The notes under the pieces were generated by a model. It saw nothing but the letters and a program-made list of their open reading frames with translations. It was not told the DNA's origin and ran no database searches. A DNA stretch of 62,993 nucleotides, the filler included, from Basidioascus undulatus (taxonomy: Eukaryota), in assembly GCA_000826855.1 (NCBI GenBank). It is 5 parts of 5 records of this genome, joined end to end, with 100 filler letters (N's around TTAATTAATTAA, not from the genome) between each part and the next. Parts side by side here need not be neighbours in the genome. Positions count along the whole stretch, not along the records: positions 46,060 to 54,478 come from JTLS01001393.1; positions 54,579 to 62,993 come from JTLS01001394.1; 3 more parts are not named here. The stretch is one strand, 5' to 3'. Made by a program: the position numbers and the translations under genes. Of this stretch, positions 52,699-62,993 are shown piece after piece (the stretch's first letter is position 1; every line of letters begins with the position of its first letter).

Positions 52699-54040
52699 GC
52701 TGGGCTGGGCGCTGGATGGCGGGCGCGGAGGTGGTGGAGCGGTTCTGTTGTTTGCACGCATTCTTTCTTCTTGTCGCCTTTGCATCATATTGTACGCCTT
52801 TTACGCACGCTGGTCCTGCTGTGCGGTGCGGGTGTGCGGCTGCATTGCTGTAGCTGCAAGTTGTTTAGGACAGGCACAGGGCGACCGCAGCTGTTGCGGT
52901 TGAAGTAGCTGGGGTCCACGGTAAACATTTTCTTCCTGAGTTCTCCCCCTTGGGCTTCACATTGAGACAGACACGGACAGACCGCGTCGCGTGCTGTGCG
53001 CACAAATCGACATAGACGGAGTAACAGTTTCCTTTGCTCGGTGAATGCGACGCAGATTTCTCCCTGGCCATCTAGCGCTCCAGGCGACTTCAGCCACGGC
53101 ATCTCTCAACAGTACGATCCATTGTGGGCTCTCTGTGTAGATCATGTGCACATGCAAGTCTTATAAGAATCCGCACAGTTGAGTTGCCGACATCTCGAAA
53201 GTAAGGCCTTCTTACCGTTTCGACTGGAAGCTGGTGCCTAGTCAGGCCACTTGGCCGTCAATCACTAGCTCTCCATCTGACATCAGAGCTGCTCTGTCAG
53301 CGGTGTGTTGCGTGGTTACCTGCTCTTATAGCCTTCGAAGATATCTGGGTACGCACTATGTCTGTACGGAAAGAAGGATGCCTTGATTGATAATTGACAG
53401 CCTGGCACAAGTTCAGAAGCTGAGGGAAGTGAAGGCAACTGGTCAACCCGCTCCGACACCTCAACGCGGCTTCACCGGCGGACGCTCTAAAAACGCGCAA
53501 AACTGCGTGACAAAGCCGCGTGCCGGCCCCATCGTTGCTGCGGTCATTTTCAGGATGCATCCTGGGTTCTCCCTTCTTGTATGTAGCCTTCCGAAAAACG
53601 GTTGAACGCACGAAACAGTTGTTTTTCACACCTCGATTAAATCTGGGCCAAGCAAGGGAATGTTCCGCTATGGACATGACCGCGTTCAAACGCTCCTCAC
53701 TACGTGTCCTCATAGCCAGGTCTAGCTTGACAGGAGCAGAATAAGTGCCGATGAGGGGGTGAGTTGTGACCGTCGGAAGATTGCTGCTCAAGATAAACTG
53801 TGAGCCATAAGCTGACTTTCTGTCAAGCACGATGCAGCGATTGTTCGGAGAAAGTGTTTTCAGAATGCCAAAATACTCATCCGTGCATCTGGACAAAAAG
53901 GCAGGGTGCCCGTGAGTCGATCTTCATCAAGCCTGCATACCTCCCTGTCGCGTGGCAATGTGTTCCATTCCCTATAGTTCCACAGGCGATACAATTAAAA
54001 AAATATAGACTGTTCAGCTGTCCAGCCGCCGGCCCAGCTC

Positions 54041-54465
54041 TTAAGCGATTTGTACGGGCTTTCGTGGAAATATCAAAGGCGAAGGTCAGCACAGCTCAGC
54101 CAAGAAGGCCAAGAGTAGCTTCAGCATTCACTTACCGAGCACCCAACACCCAGGAGGCCGTCCTGGTAGACGTTGTCACAGCACACCGGGGTGCTGTCAC
54201 ACTTGCCGGAAACGGCACCGGCGATGACGGGGACCTTCCAGGTGCAGGGAGCGTGTAAGCCGAAGATGCTGCAGCATCAAGGACAGCAGGACCGTACCTG
54301 GTCGCAGCTGAACCCGACCTGGCCGGCGACGCTGCCGACGTTCAAGAACCCGCCGAGGAGCTGAGAACGGGGAAGAAACGAGGCGCGTCAGTGAGCGCGA
54401 CACTGGATAGAAACGGAAGGGGAAGCCTCACCCCGCTCGCGGTGGGGGCGTCATTGAGAGTGTTG
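54041..54465 (-). CDS. Class I hydrophobin (5' exon(s) lost in spacer)
   Basis: Spliced translation (C)NTLNDAPTASG|LLGGFLNVGSVAGQVGFSCDQ|VPVIAGAVSGKCDSTPVCCDNVYQDGLLGVGCS|PVQIA* shows class I spacing (C5-x5-C6C7-x12-C8). It is absent from the ORF track because the exons are short. Confidence 0.9.
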
Positions 54466-54478
54466 CTGGCAAACACAC

Positions 54479-54578
54479 NNNNNNNNNNNNNNNNNNNNNN
54501 NNNNNNNNNNNNNNNNNNNNNNTTAATTAATTAANNNNNNNNNNNNNNNNNNNNNNNNNNNNNNNNNNNNNNNNNNNN
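54479..54578. other. Artificial contig spacer
   Basis: N-run + TTAATTAATTAA + N-run. Confidence 0.98.
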
Positions 54579-55275
54579 GGTGGACGGCGACCGCGAGGAG
54601 GAGGATTGAGACGAGAAGTGGGAGGAGGATGATGGGAACTAGATGGCGTGTTGGCAGGGGCATGGGTTGGTGTGATGAGGAGGCAGAGATGAGGGCCCGC
54701 TAGAAAACCGACGAGTGGCACGAATGCGATTGAGAATGAAGGCTCCAGGAGGTATTGGGTGAGATGTGAGGGCTGCTTGAGAAACGCGTAAGTTCGACAT
54801 ATTCGCCGGGCAGGCCAGCACCGGAACTTCGTGCGACAGCTGCGAGCCCTCGGCGGTCCACTCAGACTCAATAGATAGACTATCATGAGCAAGGGTGAGG
54901 ATAAGAACCACCACGCTGTCCGAATTCTGTGGTCAGTGAGAAAGCGTGTATGCGGCTTCAACGGAGTGCGAGTCCCGTGGCGGCACGCTGTTCGTGTACA
55001 TTAAGCCATAGCATCCGATCGATAGCATCTGTCATCTTAATTTGGCTAGACCTTTGAATTCGGAAATCAGTGAGTGTTGATCATACTGCGTGCTGGTGGT
55101 CGTGGTTCAAGTGCAAGTCCGAGAAGAAGGCCGTCGCCCGCTCGTCTTCTCCATGACGTCAAGTTTTGTTTGCCCGTGCTGCCTTCTCTCTTGTCGTATG
55201 CTCCTCCATCCACCATCACAGCCCATTATCACCACCTAGACCCTCATACAATTCACAGCCCGCATTTACCGCAGA

Positions 55276-56702
55276 ATGGCAGCGTTCAAGCGACTAGGAG
55301 CAGCATATCAAGTCCGTACCCTCAGCAGCTCCTTCCTCCCTCCCGCCCTCACCTTCGACCCCCTCCATCCCAGCGCTCATTCCAACGCCGACCCAACCTC
55401 ACACTCTCCGTAACAAACGGCTCACTCGGCGCAATAGCCGACATACTAGCTCAGACGTTGACTGTGCGTCCCCTTCCACTCCCTCTTGGTCCCCGGGTGC
55501 TCAGGCGATGGCCAGAGCAGAATCCGCAAGATAAGGATGAGCGTCGGACGTGGCTTGAGCGGTGGGATGCGAGGAGGACGGCGCGGTTCTTCATCTTCGG
55601 ATTCAGTACGCCCTCATTTCAAGCCTTCGGCGGTTGGTCGGTGGTCCTGAAAGGAGGGGGTGTGAAGGTATGGGTCCGTTCTTGAACGCGTGGAACAAGG
55701 TATGTCCATCTCTACCTTCCCCCTATGTTTCTGGGCGGAGGCGGCTGAAGATGGCGGACACTTCCAGTTTCTCGAATTCCGCTTCCCTCTCCGCGTACAA
55801 GGCGCGGCGCCCAACGCGCCCGTCAGTCTCGCGGCGCTGGGGAAGCGTGTGGGCGCGGACCAGTTGATCATGTGCGTCTTCTCGATCCACTCTCACTGCT
55901 CACACTAGCCCCGGCTCCCTTCCAATTCTAAATCCTCCTTCTTGTAGGGCCCCCATTGGTGTATGTCCGAACTTCGCCTTAGCCCCTTGAGCGCAGGTCC
56001 CAGCCAACAAGCCCGCTCACGCGCACATGCACACCCGTAGCTGTGCGCATTCATAGGGGGGATGGGCCTCATGGAAGGCCGTAATTTTGAGAAGCTCAAG
56101 GAGAAGTTCAAGCAGGTGCGTCCCCCCCGCTCTCTGGCGCCGTTCCGCTGCTCACGAGCGCCCGGCCCTCAGCTGTTCCTTCCCGCTTTGATAGCGAACT
56201 GGAAAGTCTGGCCGATCGCCCAGGTGCGTGCGGCCCTCCATCTTTGTCTTTCGCTTGGCCACGCCACTCCGAAGCGGCCGCTCACATTTGGCCCTGGAAG
56301 AACAGCTCGTCAACTTCCGCTACATGCCCCTCGCGTTCGTGTCCTCGCGTCCCCCCGTCTACCTCTCGGAGCTCGGCGCTGACTCAAATGCTTCTTGCAA
56401 ATACTAGCTTCCGAGTACCCTTCTCCGCATCCTGTGGTGTCCTGTGGACGCTATACCTCTCCCTCCTCAACTCCCAGTTCGTTCCCTTTCCTGCCCTGTC
56501 CCCGCTTCCTGGAACACAAAGCTTACTAATCTTCCTCACTCCCACCTCCGTCATCCGCTCATTGTCACGCACCAGGGGTGCGCTCGAGCCATCTACCGAG
56601 CCGCACGAGCGCGTCGAGATCGAGCCTGCCGAGAACCCGGGCGTCCCGCCGCATCCGGTCGATGAGCACAAGATGACGAGCCAGGTGGCCGTGGGCCGGT
56701 GA
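55276..56702 (+). CDS. Mpv17/PMP22 (SYM1-like) membrane protein
   Basis: RRPNLTLSVTNGSLGAIADILAQ, WDARRTARFFIFG, LGKRVGADQLIMAP, LIANWKVWPIAQLVNFRYMPL.FRVPF...LWTLYLSLLN. Confidence 0.93.
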
Positions 56703-58359
56703 GGGGCGGTGGGTTGATTTGATAGAGGGGGGTAGAGGAGGGGCGGGACGTGTGAGTGGGCGGGCGCAGGATGGGAGGTTGTGGGATGAGTGGGGATGTG
56801 GGATACACGACACGGTGGACGTTTTATGCAATCCGCCGATGGGCGCGATTGCCGTCTTGGAACACTGACGTTTTCTGCGGATGGCAATAGGTGGACTTGT
56901 TGAGGTGCACTATCACGCCGTATCACACCGTATAAGGGGTCGTCCGATGCTACGGATGCGAGCACGCAGCGAGTGTGGCCCATACAGATGGTGGCGTTGG
57001 CTCCCAACGCCTTTGTTGATGGTCTAACTTGCCTTTCTTCGCATCTATCAATTTCAAAGATGCTTTAGATATCGGTTCACCCCATATTGTTATCATACGC
57101 GATGTGGTCGCCGCTACGGACGAAACTCGAAAGACAAGCAGCAACTCCGTGCTTCGAAAGTCTATAAGAATATATACAAGTACATCGCACCAAGTCGTGG
57201 TACGCGTAATTTTCAGGTATGCAATTCAGCTCCACTGCAGTGCGGTTGGGTCCACACCGGCAGCCACAGCGATCTGCGCGGCGAGCTCGAGCGCCTCCAG
57301 TTGCTCGGTCAGCTTGAGCACCGCTCCGCCATCGCGACTGTCAGAGGAGCTCAGCTTGATTCAGTCCGCCTGCCTGGGGAGCCTGAGGAAGCAGAGGCAC
57401 TGACTATTGTCGGGCCAAAAGGTGAGCGCTGTCTGAGTCGATTGAGGAGATGGCATGCGGCAGTGAGCGCGTGCGGCGTGTGCGGGACGATGCGGTAGAG
57501 GTCCTGTTATGAGAAGGAGAGTTGCCAGATTAGTCCTTTTACTTCAGAGAGAGATGCGCCACGGACGAGACAGCGTTGGATCCGGATGACTTGTCCGGTG
57601 GTGAGATACGACGCACCCTTCAGGTCGCCGAGGTGGATGTGCTAGAAATTGGAGATGTTGCGTTTTCAGGCACAACCCAAACCGAAATGTCAGTCAAACA
57701 TGTCACTTGGCATTGATATCTCGCGGCGCACATGACGCAACGAAGATTCATGGGGGGCTAGTCATTCGTCGGCTCGCGCACGAGTGCGGTAAGGCGAGAT
57801 GGCATGCGACCTATCAGGGGCGGACCTATCAGTGAAGGGGGGGGGGGGGAGAAGTTTCCAGAGGAAATTCCATGTCATTTGACAAATCTCGCAGCTATGC
57901 CGCGACAAAGAACCAGGAAGACGCACGATGCTGGGGCCGCGTCGGTGTATCGTCCTCGCATTTTTGCAGTCAGGATTAAGCGTATCCTATCGGGTCAAAA
58001 TCATGTCATGAATTGTCTTGCGGGCTCATGTGCAACATTGCGCACTCACCGAAGCAAATGTTGTTGGGGTGAAACGCCTGCATTCCTTGAGAGCCGCTGC
58101 AGGCATGGTCTTCCCTCAAGCAAGTCTGCCAGGCAGAGGACTGGCGTGACGGGCCCGTTCAGGCTCCTGGGGACGTGGCTGGAAGGAGCTGGGTCACGCA
58201 CGGATGGAACGATCGTAAAGCGCCAGAGTGGGCCTGCAAGAGAACAGAACAGGGTCAGTGACAAGAGAGCAACAGTGCAGGTATTTTAACGTACAACGGG
58301 TCCGGGGAATCCGCCCCCAAGGCTTCTGCGATCCAAAAGAGGGATATCGTTGAGGGGTC

Positions 58360-59284
58360 ACCCACATGCAGCATGCAGCGGCCGTGCTTGGGTTATGAGT
58401 GCATGGTCAAGGGATTGGACGTAATAACAGGGGAGGAGCCGTTCACATTTCACATTAGGACAGCGAATATCTTGAGGACATGGACAAGGGAAAAACGGGA
58501 AATCACGCAAGTAACGTACAGCGGCGGTGATGGTATTCCAGACCAATCTGAATGACAGCCATTGCAACGTCTTTTGGGCAAACTTGTAGCCGCTGGACCA
58601 CAGTGTCGTCAAGTCTCTCCGCCTCGCTTCATCCTTTTTCATTTCGGCGAGTGTCCATGCTGGAAAGAACCCGGCGAGGAGTCTGGGCTAGGGCCGTATA
58701 CGCGATTTTCGGTCGCCGCCAAGCTCCAGCTGTCGAACGGCAGACACGGCGGTTATACCGATCTTTGAATGGTCGCGGGGAGTAGAGGAGCGAGACGTCG
58801 TCATCGTCGAAAGCCTCGCAGGAGCTGTTAACGAGTCCAAACGTCAGCGGACAAAGACAAACCCGGAAAGCTTGTCCTTGCCTTCCGGCGTCGAGGCGTA
58901 TCAGTTCAAGGGCGCGAACGATTTCGTCGCACAACGTGAGGCTGGCGGACTGAGGTCAGCTCGCGGCAGTTGTTCAGAATGACGCTCACCGCTGGTTTGA
59001 GTTGTTAAGTCTGCCGTGTTGAATAGCATGAGCATGTCCCATGGGGGCGACAAAGCCTATACCGTGCCATGCCCAACAGTCGTGACCTGAGTGAGCCAAC
59101 TGCCTCTGCTTACGCCCGAAAAACGGTACCTACCGCCCCGACTCATCACTACCAATATGTCTGATAGAATCTGCCTGAGTGCCCTCACTCGATTTTGTCC
59201 CGCGCCTTGCTCTGCGTAGAGCGCGTCCCAATACGTAGAGCGTTCGTAGTCGATCGACGGCCTTGCCGTCAGCGGTTGGGGCAT
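58360..59284 (-). pseudogene. Degenerate gene, possibly an EFM4/METTL13-like methyltransferase remnant
   Basis: N-terminal MPQPLTARPSIDYERSTYWDALY resembles the Y-x4-YWD-x2-Y pre-motif. Downstream pieces are broken and no SAM motif was found. Confidence 0.25.
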
Positions 59285-60147
59285 GGGAAGAGGACGTCCG
59301 GGCAACGACGACTGTATTTGTGGACGAATAAGCGGTCTGAGGGGGATTATTGACCAAAAGGCTTTAGGCGGTGTGAAAAAACGGAACATGGAGGAAGGGC
59401 TCGTCAAGTGCTAGGGTGGGGGCAGTACGAAAGGAGAACGCTGGTGGAGCGTGGTGGTAGACTGCAAGCACGGTGGGAGAGATTGGTGTACCAAGTGGAA
59501 GGCGGACAGAGGAGATGTGTCTGGGCAAAGCGTTTGACTTTGCTTCCCGTGCAGGGCATGCGGACCAGCAGCCCAAAGGTCGGCACGCTCACAGCTCTGC
59601 CGACCTACGCCCTAAAAAGGGCTTGCACAGATCCCGCCTTCCAAAGGCAACTAATATGACTATTCCTACTCACACTCAATTAGGGAGGGCATCGTCTGGG
59701 AGGCGAGCACCAATTCCACGGGTTGGAAAGTCTATACCGTCACTTCAGAGACACAAAAAGTGCTCCGTCAAAAAGAACATCGTACCTTAAGTGAAGGGCT
59801 ATATGAGGGGGTACCCTCTCCTTTCGGCACTGAAGGTGTGATGTGGACGGGGAGAGCGACGACGAGGTACTGCCTCGATTGTACTGCTCGTGTAAGATTC
59901 CCACATGTTGGTCCTGCTTTTCTCTGAACAGAGCGGAACATTCTTCTGACCTCAAATAGAGTTCCCAGTCTTAGAGTCCCTGTCATGGCCTCCTGTAGAG
60001 CCAGGAGCGACCACCGCGCTACGGCCTTCGGACTCCACTGGAGTTGATGAAGCCTGAGGAGGTGCATCACGTCCTCCGCTTGCCCTATAGATAGGAAGTG
60101 TTCAACTTTCACCAAAGCTTTCTTCTTCCAACCCCCGTTCAGCTCGG

Positions 60148-60290
60148 TCACCCCCCCGCCACCGCATGAATACAAGCACTCCACCCCGGGCGTACACAAC
60201 GGCTGCAAGGCGTCTCTCCGCGGCATTTTTCCTTTTTTAGACGACATAGGTTGCATGCCTTGGTCGCTCGAGTGCGTATAGGCGCAGGGA
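60148..60290 (-). pseudogene. Zn(II)2Cys6 transcription-factor remnant
   Basis: RTRATKACNLCRLKKEKCRGETPCSRCVR. Restoring one missing base gives -xGVECLY, completing canonical C-x6-C spacing. The current frame stops at 60148. Confidence 0.65.
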
Positions 60291-61897
60291 CTGTGGTGCT
60301 CAAGGAGGTCAGCACAGCTCTCGCTAACCAGTACCGGAATCCTTCACCCCAAGCACGGCCCGAGCCTGACGGCAGGGCGGCGGCGCCTCGGCGGGCATCA
60401 GGCACTGGGCAAACTATGATAGCTTTCAAGCGAGATATGTGCTGGATATTTTTGGGATCTTTGTTGTTGAGCATGTAACCCAAGGCGAGGGTGATGGCGG
60501 TCTGCAAAAGATTTAACGCTCGACGTCGCGACGACGCCCCCCGTCAAAGCCTTCTTCTGACGTCTACCTCACGGTCGCAAGTCTAATTGATTGACTGACA
60601 TCTTGGTCGTCCACAAAGATACTGATTAATTTAGCACTGGCAGACATACCCGCGGTTTACTTTTACCTTGTATCGGCCGTCGCAGTCTGCTATCCCACCT
60701 CCCAGCGCGATCACACGACTAGTTGTCTTGCTACTCATCAGCGACCATGTTTGCCAAGTTGATCAACAATTCACCCTTGGACCCATGAACCCCTCATCTG
60801 CTGGGTGCGCCCAATTCTTGCAAGACTGCACAGGTGTGCGCTGTTGCGTGCCATGGATGAAATGGCCATGGTTGACATTTCAAGGGGCTGCCGCCTCTTA
60901 CCAGCACGCAAACGGATTCGGAAGCGATGGAGCCCTCATTCGGAATTGACTGTACTTTTATGAAGAACATAGGTTTCCGCTCGCCAATCCGCTCGCCCAT
61001 CGGCAATGTGTTCACCGGAATGAGCCTAACGAAGCGGGACGCCGTTTATATCAAGTACTGAAATCTATCTTCTACGAGCTTAGCAACGTTTCTTTTCTTA
61101 CCTCTCCATGGAATATTCACCTAAGAATAGAGTGTCAGGATATCACATTTTAGCAGAACGCAACGACTGCTGGTGCACAGAGGCACAAAGTCGCGGTGTA
61201 TATCCTTTCCCTTCACACAGCGAGGGTCTTCAGCTCGTAAAAAAATCAGCACTCGACATGTGTCAGAGTCGACGCACCCGGAAAATGTGTTTCTTCTCAC
61301 ACGTACCCCTCTGAAGAACAAAAAAGGACAATCTAGTCAGTCAGCTCGCTGACTTCGTTGGCACGGACTGAACAGGAAAACTGAATGGAAATTTGTACTC
61401 TAGTCGGCTCCGTTCATCATAAATTTCTGTCGTAATCTAGGATGATGGGCTGGTTAGTTTCAAGAGCGTATATAATGAATGGCACTTTAACCTCATCAAT
61501 TAACACTGTAACCTTAATATTATCATGTTGGGATTTCTTCGTAGCTTAGCGACCTCGCACACACTCAATAGTATTTAGCACTATAGCACTCTGTCTTCCT
61601 CAGTCCTCTTCCGTTTTCACACTAGCCCCCTTCTGCTTCGCACTGGCCTACATTCTTCTGGCTGAGATGCCACGCACACACACACTCGCTCAGAGCTTCG
61701 AATAGCGAACAATCATGATCTGCATACCGCTTGCTCTGTTCAAAGCTCCCCAGAGGCACACCGACACCGCTGCATTATATCCAGCTTCTACATCGCTATC
61801 CAGTCAGGACAGCGAGGCAAAAGCGAGGCAAAATAATAGTTATAGAGTACCACTCAGCTTAGCATATCACTGCTGGAGTAAGCAAGCAGTAGTCGAG

Positions 61898-61970
61898 ATC
61901 AGGGGGTTGCAGGTTCGATCCCTGCGTCGGTCATGGCCGGCTGGCTCAATGGTAGAGTATCTGACTACGA
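61898..61970 (+). tRNA. tRNA-Arg(ACG) encoded in circularly permuted order (3' half 61898-61933, 5' half 61935-61970)
   Basis: The rejoined halves fold as a full cloverleaf: acceptor GGCCGGC/GTCGGTC + A73; D-stem GCTC/GAGT with loop AATGGTA; anticodon stem TCTGA/TCAGG with loop CT-ACG-AA; variable GGGTT; T-arm GCAGG-TTCGATC-CCTGC. Confidence 0.88.
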
Positions 61971-61971
61971 C

Positions 61972-61976
61972 TTTTT
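61972..61976 (+). terminator. Pol III oligo-T terminator of the permuted tRNA
   Basis: TTTTT begins 2 nt after position 37 of the 5' half. Confidence 0.7.
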
Positions 61977-62162
61977 GCCGCGGAGACTTCCCACACATAG
62001 GAGTGTGAACAATCCTTCCCCTGAGATTCGTTTTCACAGGCCCAGAGAAGCTGCGGGGTTCCCTCTTTCGACGTGAAAGCGCACAACACCATCTTTCACC
62101 ATCAATACTACCCGGCGAGAACACATTATTTGCTTTCCCATCGCCACTGAACAGCAGCGTCA

Positions 62163-62810
62163 TCACAGTTCCTCCAGCGCCTCCCCACACGCTGCCACCC
62201 CCGCGGCCGCACATGCCTCTTTCAGCCTGCTCAACACCGGCACGGCCTTGTCGTACACCTCCACGCTGAGCAGATAATCCACGACGATCACCTCAAGCCG
62301 CGGAGCCCACTTCTCCTTTTTCTGCAGCATCTCCTCAAAGCTCGCCACTGCGTTCGAAAGGTTGTCCAGGTTCGCCGTGTCGAGGGCGGTCGCGAGCGTC
62401 TCCAACGCAGGCGGAAGTGCGTGAAGGAGCTACAGCTCGATGCCTGATATCGAGCGACTAATAAGGTGTGTGAACTGAAGCTCGACGTACTTGAATGTAG
62501 TGAAGACCGTGAGCGGCCCGTAAATGTATCCAATCTGGCTGAGGACGAGGCGCTCGAGCGTGCCATGGTAGCCGTCAGGCCATCGAAGAAATCATCGAGA
62601 GGGAGGCTGAGTGCATCGGCAGATAGCTCGAGGGCCTGGAGCGCTTTTGGGGCGCATAGGATCCTCAGGATATCCTGAACGGGAATGTCGAACGTCCCAG
62701 CGCTGAAGGTGATGTCCATGATGGTCACGCTCGATGTGCCGTGCAGCGCATACAGCGCGTCGCGCTCTTCATCCGAGAGAAGCGAGTAGTCGGAGATGTA
62801 GAGCGAACTC
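62163..62810 (-). pseudogene. LRR/RNI-like (F-box-type) gene remnant
   Basis: LxxLxL repeats (PKALQALELS, TLERLVLS, LPPALETL, APRLEVIVV) are spread over two frames, with a frameshift near 62570 and an in-frame TAG near 62430. Confidence 0.55.
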
Positions 62811-62993
62811 GATCGTAAGGATCTCTAATGAGAGTAGAGTAAAGCATGGTATGATGTCCGACACGTCAAAGCTACTCTGCTTCGCTTCGCGGGTGAGATG
62901 CCTTGTGCGGAACGCCCAGATCTCTTGGAACGCCTAGTCCTATTCTCAAAATGTAAAAGGGGGGAAAAGAAGAAGAGCGGGGACGGAGGGAGA

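Overview
This is GC-rich, intron-dense fungal DNA, most likely basidiomycete. It consists of five contig pieces joined by four artificial 100-nt spacers (N-run + TTAATTAATTAA + N-run), so gene order across the spacers is unreliable. Housekeeping genes: eIF5, SPP2-like G-patch protein, NOT1 (3' part), Mug190/tricalbin-like SMP-C2 protein, RAD54 (5' half), CDC55 (5' part), SKI2 (5' end), MGE1, RPA43 and an Mpv17/PMP22 protein. Accessory genes: an AA9 LPMO plus a pseudogenised tandem paralogue, an FMO, a secreted Vps62-like protein, a GPI-type GH13 alpha-amylase, a 2OG-Fe(II) dioxygenase and a class I hydrophobin. Several decayed genes are also present. The standout observation is at 61898-61970: a complete tRNA-Arg(ACG) encoded in circularly permuted order, with the 3' half upstream of the 5' half. 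It is split at the canonical 37/38 intron site, has BHB-like flanks and is followed directly by a Pol III T-tract. I know this gene architecture only from some algae and one archaeon, not from fungi. Also notable are a spliced poor-context uORF in the eIF5 leader, and RAD54 and CDC55 both ending abruptly with no assembly gap. All calls come from manual reading and motif recognition; no database searches were run and exon boundaries are approximate.
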